From assembly GCA_964016885.1 (NCBI GenBank), contig OZ024750.1:53506001-53570000 (forward strand): a DNA stretch of 64,000 nt, given 5' to 3'. This stretch comes from Eledone cirrhosa. Taxonomy: Eukaryota. The notes beneath the pieces were generated by a model that did no database searches, had not been told where the DNA came from, and saw only the letters and a program-made list of their open reading frames with translations. The position numbers and the translations under genes were made by a program. Shown piece by piece: positions 54,141 to 64,000 of the stretch (position 1 is its first letter; each line of letters begins with the position of its first letter).

Positions 54141-56361
54141 ATCCTAAAATAATTAATTTATCCAAAAGATATCTTGACAATGATGAAATGCAAATTCTGT
54201 CAAAAGGACTGAAATTCACACCGACTCCAACAGTCAACCACCAAGAACTGAAGGAGGATACCCAAGAATTCTGTCGAAAATTACGTCTTGTAGAATTCTT
54301 CGCTGATAAAAGTAATGAGAGTGATGAATCACTAGTAAAGAATAAATCAAATTTCACTCCACCAAAAGGAAGAAATATCTATCTCGACCAATACATTGAC
54401 ATCCTGTCTAAATTTCCTCTTAGACATAATACTAATGTTAGGCCAAACATTAACAGATCAGAAATGTCTGCACTTAAACGTATACAAAATGATAAAACAA
54501 TAATAATTTAACAAGCAGATAAAGGGGGTGCCGTTGTTATAATGGATGCTGAATACTACAAGGATTTGGTTGAGGAACAACTGAAAGACACAACATTCTA
54601 TCATGAAATACCGTCAAATATAGACCACAACATCATGAAGAAGATCAACAACCTGGCTTCAAAATACCACAAATCACTTACTGATAAGGAAAGAGACTAC
54701 ATCACCAATTTTGAGCCCAAACCCAGCAACCTGTATGGCCTACCGAAAGTTCATAAGTCAAAAGAAATACAACTGGCAGTAAGAGAACAAAACAGTGAGT
54801 ACATTAAATTACTACACTCAAAAGACTTAAAACTTAGACCTATTATAGCTGGTCCAACATGCCCCACCCACCGTCTAAGCAATTTTGTTGACATTATTTT
54901 GAAACCACTATGTATTCACATACCCAGTTTCATCCGGGATGATATCGACTTTCTGTCCCATCTTCCCAAAAACCACGGAATCGAATTCACTTCTACTTAG
55001 TTTTGATGTGGTAAGCCTTTACACCAACATTACACATGATTTAGGAATAAAGGCGGTTAAATACTGGGTGGAAAAACATAGAGAAGTGATTCCCATCAGA
55101 TTCACAGTGCCATTTATATTAGACGCAGTTAAACTTATTCTGGAAAACAACACTTTCTTCTTCAATGGAAAGAATTACATCCAAATTAGAGGCACAGCGA
55201 TGAGAACGAAGTTTGCTCCCGTTCACGCGAACTCTGTAATGGGATACTTAGAACAACAACTCTACCAAGAAATAGAGGAAAAATATAGTACTGACTTTAG
55301 AAAGTACATTGAAAAATCTTGGAAGAGATACCTTGACGACTGTTTCATCATCTGGACAGAATCTCTAGATACTCTGGATGAGTTCAATATCCTCCTGAAT
55401 AACCTACACCCATCTCTCCAATTCACAAAAGAGATGAGGAGGACCAAATTACCATTCCTAGATATAATGATAATCAAAAACGACACCACCATTACCACGG
55501 ATATATATTATAAACACACTGACACCCATCAATATCTGAATTTTAAGTCGTGCCATCCACCTCATACAAAACACAACATCCCATACTGCCTAGCCAGAAG
55601 AATTTGTACCATTGTAGAAGATACGAATACCAGGTACAAACGCCTAACAGAACTAAGAGAATTTTTGCTCAAACAAAAATACCCATCTCTACTTATAGAA
55701 AATGGCATACAGCGGGCTATAAAAATACCTATACAACAACTTAGGACAACCCAAGGAAGAAGAAACCAAGAACTGGTCATACCATTTATAATGACACACA
55801 ACCCATGTCACCAGAATATCTTCAACACTGCCAAAGCAAACCTACTGATCATTGCTCAAAGTAATGAATTAAAAGGCTTAATCACAGATCGATCTTTGAC
55901 TCTTAGTAAAAGACAGCCGAAAAATTTGAAGCAGTTACTAACAAAAGCAAAGTTTGACCTTAACAACAAAGACCAATCATTCACTGTATCTAAATGCAAT
56001 GATAGTCGATGCGGCACATGTCAATCCATACACTCCGGTCAATATATGAAAACAAAAACTGGAAAAATATTCCCAAATGCAAATATGAACTCTAATTTAC
56101 TGCATTAAATGCCCGAATTGTGAAGAACTATATGTCGGTCAAACTGGATATGCACTATCGGAACGTGCACGGGTACACCGTCAGCAAATCAGAGACCCAA
56201 ATGTCCGTCAGATACCCCTAAGTAACCATCTAGCAGCATGTGGTCAGGGAATATTTATAATATTCCCATTCTACAAATTACACAGCCCAAGTGAAATCAA
56301 GAGAAAAATCAAAGAAAAGAATTTTATTGATAAATTCAAACCCAAGCTAAATGAACAATAA
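54069..56361 (+). pseudogene. PLE reverse transcriptase / GIY-YIG endonuclease ORF (stop at 54509, frameshifts near 54970 and 56098)
   Basis: IINLS..ILSKGLKFTPTP, ADKGGAVVIMD, LYGLPKVHK, LRPIIAG, SFDVVSLYTNI, QIRGTAM, WKRYLDDCF, LPFLDI, YYKHTDTHQYLNFKSCHP, CIKCPNCEELYVGQT..LSERARVH..FKPKLN. Confidence 0.92.
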
Positions 56362-56741
56362 TAATGCTTAGGGGTATTACTTCTATTATGACTATGACTA
56401 CAACCATGTCGACTACCACCACTAACAACAACAACAATAATAATAATAATAATAATAAAAGTGATGTTAATGGTGATGATTACTAGAAAATGCTATTTTC
56501 ATCATTTCTAAAAATAGCAAAACAATTGATGCTTTGGATAGGATCAATTAGTGGTTGTTAGACATGCTCAACCAACCGTGACCAATCAGCTTTAGTAATT
56601 CAGTGAAACTACACACCGATTGGTCGAAATACAGTTTGCAAGATTTAGCATTCTGGAGCCACTTTTCACTGTATATAAGGTACAAAATTTACCCATCTCA
56701 TTACAGTTGAAAATTGCAAACTTGACTGTCAGCACAGAATA

Positions 56742-56780
56742 TGAACCTGAAGATTGCGAAAGCATGAAAGTACTTGTTCA
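56742..56780 (+). ncRNA. Minimal type I hammerhead ribozyme motif in the PLE pseudo-LTR
   Basis: tgaac-CTGAAGA-t tgc gaaa gca t-GAAA-gtac-TT-gttca: stem I tgaac/gttca, palindrome agtact as stem III. Confidence 0.75.
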
Positions 56781-56915
56781 ATTAACACTTAACATTTAAT
56801 ATTCTATCATACTATTTCATTATAATACCATTATAAATTTTAAAGGATTGTAAATAAAACGAGTAAATCAGACAAAGTTTGAATTCCTCTTATTAATATA
56901 TATATATATATATAT

Positions 56916-57306
56916 GGAGGCACATGGCTTAGTGGTTAGAGCATTGGCCTTGCAATCGAAAGGTTGTGAGTTCAATTCTCAGACCGGGTGATGTGTTGTT
57001 TCTTTGTGCAAGACACTTTATTTCACATTGCTCCAGTTTACTCAGCTGTAGAAATGAGATGATAGGGAGTGGGGTCCATATCATTCCACTGCAAAGTGGT
57101 CGTGGAGGTGCCACGGCAAAAAAGCACCCAGCCCACACTGTAAAGTGGTCGTGGAGGTGCCACGGAAAAAAAGCACCCAGCACTCACTGTAAATGAGGTT
57201 GGTGTTAGGAAGGGCATCCAGCTGTAGAAATCAAGCCAGAATCAGTTCCCGCCCGACCCTTGCAAGCAAGGAAAAGCGGACGTAAATTGATGATGATGAT
57301 GATGAT
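56916..57306 (+). mobile_element. tRNA-headed SINE with RTE-related body and tail
   Basis: A-box tggcttagtgg, B-box gagttcaattc; ggtgttaggaagggcatccagctgtagaaa motif; tail cttgcaagcaaggaaaagcggacgtaaat(tga)n. Confidence 0.78.
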
Positions 57307-57480
57307 ATGAGAGTGTACACTGACACTTACACACATATATATATATATGTGTGTGTGTGTCAGTGTACACACACATATATAGGTACTTGGTATATTTTGT
57401 CTAAGTTAATAACAGACACTAGTGTAGACTTGATGAAATATACATCTAGGTGTGTACTTCAAACTATTGGTATAACAATT

Positions 57481-57587
57481 GAGTGGAAGTCAATAGGTTA
57501 GAATTTACCTCATTTAATTGTTACACAATCACTAACAATCACTGTAACAATTAAATGAGGTAAACTCTAACCTATGGACTTCCACTC
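57481..57587. repeat. 45-bp-arm inverted repeat (fold-back hairpin)
   Basis: 57481-57525 vs 57543-57587, two mismatches, 17-nt loop. Confidence 0.9.
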
Positions 57588-58369
57588 CACTGTTTTATTT
57601 ATATATGACATTTTTTCTATCGCAACACCATCCAACAACAAAATAATAGTTACCAGAATACAACAAACCCAAAGCAACCAAGATTCACCCCAAATATACT
57701 CAGCTACCAATGTTTAACTACTTAACCACCAAACAACAATGTTTAATGCAACAAAACAATGTCCACCGCATGCAAAATCAAGCGCCAAATATTTCATTAT
57801 TAATTAACAAAACCTAAAACACACTAACCAAGAAATAAATCTACTCTAAATTTAAATAATGATACTAAGAGGACAAAGTTTATCAGGCCACAATTGCCCT
57901 CAATACTTCATAGTAATTGACTTCAGAAGCATTGGAAAAATTTGACGAATGACTATAATAGTTGATCACTATAAATAACAGTTAAGAAAATCAAGTAAAG
58001 TACCTCTAGAAATGGAGAAAAGTGAGCAGAGGTGCTTGCTAGAAATAGATGCCCATCTCCTAGAGTACATTACCCAATTTTCTCAACTACTATTTATAGC
58101 CAGTTTTTGTGGAATGAAATGGAGACTGCAATATACTTTTGGAACAGACCCGTCTACCTTAGGCCTGAACATGTCCCTTGTTGACCCACATGAAGGATGA
58201 TGCGGTATGGTCCTTTTTGGTTCCTCTCACCATATTGCAGTTTCAGTGGCCTTATTCACACCAGTCACCAATCTGGGACTTTGTTAAACCCGCAAAGACT
58301 AGACTTTTTTAGAGGTGGCCTTAACTTGCCTCATTATAGCTATGTCACTGGGTTGTAAGAGTTTCTTTG

Positions 58370-58990
58370 GGAGCTACAGATGTCAACCATTGCATCTTGC
58401 GAGGTGGAGAGAATACTTTGCTGATCTCCTAAACCTAATCACAACAACATCATCTGATGTACACAAGGTGTTTCTGGGAGTGGTGACTAATCTCTCAGAG
58501 CCTGAGGTCACAAGAGCAGTTAAAGAGCTCAAATGTGGCAAGACCTCTGAGGAAGATGAAATCTGGCATGAGATGTTAAAAGCCTCAAATGGAGAAGGTA
58601 TTCTCTGGCTGACTCGTGTGTGTTGGGTGGCCTGGATCTCTGGAAAGGCACCTAAGCAATGGCACTATTCCTATCTACCACATTATCTCTCTCATCATAC
58701 TACACTTTTGCTATCTGCCATTCTAAATATGGGTGCGGTTATTAAACTCTGCTGCGAGTAGGGTTCGGCGTGGCCAACTGGCCTGCCCTCCTCATAACTG
58801 TGCCATCCAGTCCCACACTGTAAATGTGGTTGGTGTTAGGAAGGGCATCCAGCTGTAAAAATTCCAACCAAATTTACAGTTCCATCTAAGCAAGGTACAG
58901 CACCATCAATCTGGTCATACATGTCTCATTATGTGGACAACCTGTCTAACCCATGCTAGCATGGGAAATGGACATTAAACAGTGATGATA
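58370..58990 (+). mobile_element. RTE RT N-terminal fragment followed by an RTE-tailed SINE-like end
   Basis: LARWREYFADLLN...EVTRAVKELKCGK..EDEI..EMLKA...WLTRVC..AW.SG.AP.QW; tail at 58810-58990. Confidence 0.72.
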
Positions 58991-59269
58991 TCTATATATA
59001 TATCTATATATTTAGGGATTGTGACTAATGAAATAAGACCAAATGAAAAAAACATTTTGAAAGGAAAACCTTAACATTTTTTTTTTTAAATACGAACGAA
59101 AGACTCAGAACTCTAAGGTCGAGATGGACTTCTGGCAGTTTAAACCTACTGTTGGTTCACTCAGGGTTACAGCCTCTGACACAAGCAGAACAATAACTAA
59201 TAGAATTTTATGTGATGACTGGGGGAAGGTGCTTTATATATATTATTATCTTTATTTTTATTTTTCTAG

Positions 59270-59385
59270 GTGTTTTACAACAACTTAATGAAAGTCGTGC
59301 ACAGTTGGAGGAATTATGGGCCACTCGGAAACGGAAGCTGGATCTGTGCTTGAAGCTACGTCTTTTTGAAAGAGATGCATTAGAG
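59270..59385 (+). CDS. Trio: Trio/Kalirin-family RhoGEF, internal coding exon (spectrin-repeat region)
   Basis: Polypyrimidine tract and ttttctag acceptor, gag|gtaag donor. Encodes (G)VLQQLNESRAQLEELWATRKRKLDLCLKLRLFERDALE, which I recognise as similar to the vertebrate Trio segment [38 protein letters not shown]. Starts in phase 1, ends in phase 0. Confidence 0.92.
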
Positions 59386-59901
59386 GTAAGAAAATAACAG
59401 TTTAATATTTAAGGACAGTTACAGTACAACATCGCTATGTTGAAACTCAGAGTTGTGTGTGTGTATGTTTCTCTTTTTCTTTTAAATATTACAGTTTGGC
59501 AGAGTCATTACAACACAGAACAAAATGCCAGATTTGAACACTGCCACTTGGCATTAGGTTGCCTTTAGCAGAGTCCACTCTGTTGCAGTTGGGCTAGATC
59601 TCTGGTTTCAGGATAATTTTATCCTCCTCTAGTCCCGAAAAAATGTGAAGGGTACTGCTCTTCCCTCTCTGATTAAACAATTTTTTTTTAAATGTCTATA
59701 GAAGCAAGCCATCTCTTGTATCTGCTTTTGTGAAGTCTTAAGTCAGCCCTTTGAAAGCAGACCTATGATATCTAGATAGCTGGATGGATATTTGAGTATG
59801 GTCCAAAGATCTCTCTTTCACACACACAATTTACCAACACTCGTGTCAAGGACTACATTACACCCTGACATAGTCTAGGAGGTGTTTCTCTTCCTCTACA
59901 C

Positions 59902-62463
59902 CAAAGGTTCTCAACGGGGGGCATATGCACCCCTCGGGGGCGTTAGGGGGTCGTTTGGAGCTTTGGTGGGCACCGGAAGGCCCTTTACTTTGGTAAGTTT
60001 TATAAGCCATATTTTGTATGTCTTTGAGACAGCCAGTGTGAATGCATTTGAATGAGCATGCAGACAGCATAACTATGGTCTGACCGCAGGTGTGCAGGCA
60101 TGTCTAGACATTAACCGGCTATTGAGATCCTAACAATGGAAAAACCCACAGTCAACTGGGTCAAGGACACTTTGAGTGCAGCCAGTTAGAATCTTATCTT
60201 TCCTTCACTGATAACAATGTATTTCATGTCTGAAATTATTGACTCAACCGTAACGAGTTAACACTATGTAGATCTATTTTATTCCCTATTGTATAAATAA
60301 TATTGCAAATAAAAAAAACAAAAAAAAACACTGAAGCAGGTAGCACTAACATCTAGGACCACATACAACACATAATCAGATAATACACACATCTAGGACC
60401 ACATACAACACATAAGCAGGTAATACACGCATCTAGGACCACATGCAACACATAAGGAGGTAGCACACACATCTAGGACCACATACAACACACAGGCAGG
60501 TAATACATACATTTAAGACCACATACAACACATAATCAAGTAATACAAACATCTAGGACCACATACAGCACATAATCAGGTAATACACACATCTAGGACC
60601 ACATACAACACACAAGCAGGTAATATACAGCTGGGACCACATGCAATACATAAGCAGGTAATACATACATCTAGGACTACCTACAACACATAGGCAGGTA
60701 ATACATACATCTAGGACTACATACAGCACACAGGCAGGTAATACATACATCTAGGATCACTTACAATACACATTGTTTCATGTGCTACGGATGACGCAAT
60801 AGCAATTGTCGGCCAACATAAGGGTTTCGTCACTCTTCTGAAATGAGAAAATCTATCTGTATGTGTTGTTCATTGTGTCATTCATTGACAACACTTGGCT
60901 GCGAAGAAACTCAGCAAGCCGCTGAGCAAGTCCTTGCAGGTGGCCATTGATGTCATCAATTTTATCAAACGGCATTCCCTCAATGAAGGAATTTTCCGGC
61001 AACTGTGCCAAGATAATGACGAAGAATTCGTCAAGTTGCTCCTTCATAATGAAGTGAGGTGGCTTTCAAAGGGCAAGTGCCTTACTCACTTCTCTGAACT
61101 CTTCGATTCAATCATTGAGTTTCTGTGAGGACGCAACACAGAACTGTACAAGAAAACCCTCGATGTGGGGCAAGACTGCGCCTACCTCACCAACATCATC
61201 GACAAATGCAATAGCGTCATTTTGGCTTTGCAGGGGAAGATCACCTTGCTTAAAGCAAGGAATGTTGTGAAAACATTCCTGGCCAAAATGAATGTCATCG
61301 AAAGGAATCTTTGTTGACGGGAATTCTATAATTTTCCTAGTGTCGCCAATGTTCAAAACATTGTAAGCGATGACCAACTCCAAATTTATACCACTCACCT
61401 CCGTGCGCTACAAGACGACATGAGAGAACGGTTTGTCGACCTTTTGCCGAAGGACATCCCAATGTGGGTAGCAGATCCCTTCATAGCTAACATCAATGAT
61501 TTGGACGTTAAATTTCAGGAAGAATTCATTGAACTTCAAGCAGATGACATGATCAAAATTAGATTTCCCAAAATAGGTGAACCCCTTTTTTGTATGCAAG
61601 AGGAAATTCAGTGTCAATTTCCACACCTACATGCAGAGGCTAAGAGATTTGCTCTGCCTTTTCCAAGCTCATACTTAGTCAAGAGGAGGTTTGGTGCTAT
61701 TTCTAGACTGCACAGTAAGGCTCACAACTGCTACAGTGTAATTACATGTCGAGATCTCCGGCTTCATCTTATGAAAATCCAGCCTGATGTCAAAGAGTTA
61801 GCTAGACTCCATAAAGTTCAAGGGTCCCATTGAAATGAGGTCAAAGTTAAAGTAAGTTGATTTATCCGAAAACTTGGATATGCTATTGTTACAAAGCAAA
61901 CTAACAATTTTTTTTATTTGTAGTTGCAGTCTGACTGGACTGGAAACCATCTACTACAATTCACTTACTCATTTGTTGTATATATTTTACCATTTACTAA
62001 TAAATATACCCTCCCACACGGTCATGAAAACCCTCTTCCGTGGTCTCTAAGCTCACAAAGCAGAGGGGACATCAAGTTAGATATCAACATTTATTCTGTC
62101 CGTTTCATTAAAGGGAAAATTGGAAAGCTTTGAAATGATATAATTGCCACTTTCTTCCAGATAAGAGCACTCTTGGAATAGAGAGTTGCTCTTGTATAAA
62201 TAACAAATTCAACTGGTCCTTATTCATAAAAAAGAACATTTATGTTCCTTTTTTTGAAATTTATATATTTCCTTTCAAGGAATGTATTTATACTCAGCTG
62301 CCTGCAATGGTATCTTTGGAATATTGTTAATCAATTTTTTAGTAATCTACTGATATCAAAATCAGTAGTTTATTGAAAAATGGAAAAATGGGGGGGGGGG
62401 GGGCGTTTCGTGATTTCAAGGGACAAAAGGGGGTGTTTGGCCTAAATGGGTTGAGAACCTGTG
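59902..62463 (+). mobile_element. hAT DNA transposon (Buster/ZBED8-SCAND3-like) in a Trio intron, transposase truncated and inactivated
   Basis: TIRs caaaggttctcaac / gttgagaacctgtg (13/14); perfect 8-bp TSD ctctacac (59894-59901, 62464-62471); CATDD, VHCVIH, LLLHNEVRWLSKGKCL, PFPSSYLVKRRFGA, RDLRLHL. Confidence 0.93.
60348..60772. repeat. 40-bp tandem repeat (~10.5 copies) inside the hAT element
   Basis: atctaggacc-type starts at 60351, 60391, 60431, 60471 etc. Confidence 0.92.
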
Positions 62464-62635
62464 CTCTACACTATGTCAATGTTTTACAGACCGGATTCCA
62501 TTTCTGGCATCAACCGTTTTAGCTGCATCTTACATGTAGAAATATAGTATTCCTTCCTCACTAAACAGTAAAAGAAATGTCCAAACACTGGGTCTGTTAG
62601 CTTGAATATTGAATATTTTACATTGTTGTTGACAG

Positions 62636-62797
62636 GTATCATCACAGTTGGAGTTATGGGCAGAAGAATTACAGCACATGGAAATGTGCAATGACCCAGC
62701 AAAAGCAGAACAGATCTTACTGATGCACACAGAAAATTTACTGCACATGCAGAACTGTACGTTTGAAGTTCTACAACGAGGTCAAGAACTTTGTCAG
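62636..62797 (+). CDS. Trio: Trio/Kalirin-family RhoGEF, next internal exon (162 bp, 54 aa)
   Basis: gacag| acceptor, cag|gtcagt donor. VSSQLELWAEELQHMEMCNDPAKAEQILLMHTENLLHMQNCTFEVLQRGQELCQ continues the previous exon in frame and resembles Trio ...[31 protein letters not shown]. Confidence 0.92.
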
Positions 62798-63210
62798 GTC
62801 AGTGGAATTTTTATGGATTTTCCTCAATTTGATGAAATATAACACCCAAAACTGCTGCTAACTCCTCTCAGATAGAGCAACCCATTTTAAAGAGTTCCTA
62901 TTTAAATTATAATCTTCCAACATAATTTTGAATAAGAACCTTTTGTTAAGTTACATGTATCATATCAATAATGAAATAATTTCAAAATTTTAAGTAAATC
63001 TCTCCAAATTGTACATTAATTTATTCAAATACTGTGTATTTCATTAGAAATATGATAACGAAAGGTTTAATAGACATTTTGTTTGTTTTGTTTTTAATGT
63101 TTGTTTTAAGTCGTTAATGAAACAATGAAAAATTAGATTTTTAAAAAGTTTTTCAATGAAAATTAAAAGTGATATCATTTTCATTGAAACACCACCACCA
63201 GCACCTCTCC

Positions 63211-63336
63211 TCCTCCTCCACCCTTCATGTGTTGTGCGTCTACTTCCTTGAGTCCTCCTCCACCCTTCATGTGTTGTGCGTGTACTTCCTTGAGTCCTCC
63301 TCCACCCTTCATGTGTTGTGCGTGTACTTCCTTGAG
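63211..63336. repeat. 42-bp tandem repeat, 3 copies, intronic
   Basis: tcctcctccacccttcatgtgttgtgcgtStacttccttgag. Confidence 0.9.
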
Positions 63337-63627
63337 AGGACAAGTGTCTCAGTTTACTTTCTTAAAATCTATTTTGAAAGAAAATAATTTAAAACAAAAC
63401 AATGTAATGTCTAATCGTAGAGTTTTTACAGCCAAATATTTGTAAAAACAAATCAGATTTCATTTAATTTGTGACACACCAACACATTATTGGTGGCACA
63501 TTTGTCATTTTGGAAACTTCCGCATTTGATTTCCTATTTAATTTTTAATTTGTGCATTAAATTGAAAATGATTTGGAACTATGAATATTTGAAATGTTTT
63601 ATTCTAAATATTTTGTCTGTTTTTCAG

Positions 63628-63810
63628 TTATTTGAAAACACAGGTGTGCAATTAATGGCTGATTCACAATATGATGCTCAAACCAGAATCCAACTTTTAT
63701 TGGAATATTTACATGAACGAGAATTGGACTTGGAGAATTTGGCTGAAAGTCGTCGCATTCGTCTGGAACAGTGTGTCCAGTTACGTAATTTTGAGTTTGA
63801 AACACGACAG
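63628..63810 (+). CDS. Trio: Trio/Kalirin-family RhoGEF, next internal exon (183 bp, 61 aa); gene continues beyond window
   Basis: ttttcag| acceptor, cag|gtgagg donor. [61 protein letters not shown] resembles Trio ...[56 protein letters not shown]. Confidence 0.93.
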
Positions 63811-64000
63811 GTGAGGATTAAGAGTTGGATGTATTTTTTACTTAAATAAAACGATAGTCTGGGATTGCTTAGAATATTAATAAACTATCAACTTTCAGAT
63901 GTGATTGGGTAACGTCCAAACGAGTATCCACCACCTCCAACTAACTTAACTTCTGCCTCTTGGTACTAACCGACAGGATGGAGAATGTAGTGCCCTGAAG

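Larger units (their letters stand above)
52795..56895 (+). mobile_element. Penelope-like retroelement (Neptune-type), near full length, 3' pseudo-LTR, flanked by (TA)n
   Basis: RT, Cys-rich linker (CNDSRCGTC) and GIY-YIG endonuclease; 3' region with CCAAT (accaatc 56581), TATA-like tatataag (~56672) and a hammerhead motif. Confidence 0.93.

Noticed and set aside
56916-56985. tRNA gene (also 26950 and 50462)
   Set aside because: A/B boxes are present but there is no complete cloverleaf; the sequences continue into SINE bodies.

Overview
AT-rich, repeat-saturated eukaryotic (animal) DNA; the SINE/RTE repertoire suggests an octopus or other coleoid cephalopod (inference). The only host gene I can support is a Trio/Kalirin-family RhoGEF on the + strand: three GT-AG exons at 59270-59385, 62636-62797 and 63628-63810 encode spectrin repeats. 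The preceding ~59 kb shows no recognisable exon and is probably one giant intron. It contains tandem arrays (25, 31, 42, 48/51 and 67 bp units), microsatellites, decayed RTE, R4/NeSL-type and CR1/L2 LINEs, tRNA-derived SINEs, a Buster-type hAT transposon and MITE, a non-autonomous Helitron and a nearly full-length Penelope-like element (PLE). A second Buster-type hAT lies in the following intron. Main findings: (i) the PLE is bipartite, with a ~440-codon ORF1 joined to the RT/GIY-YIG ORF by an in-frame T TTT TTA heptamer, a candidate programmed -1 frameshift; (ii) minimal hammerhead-ribozyme modules of several families lie between (TA)n tracts, including an inverted pair; (iii) minisatellites have arisen inside transposon sequence. 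No prokaryotic systems such as CRISPR are present.
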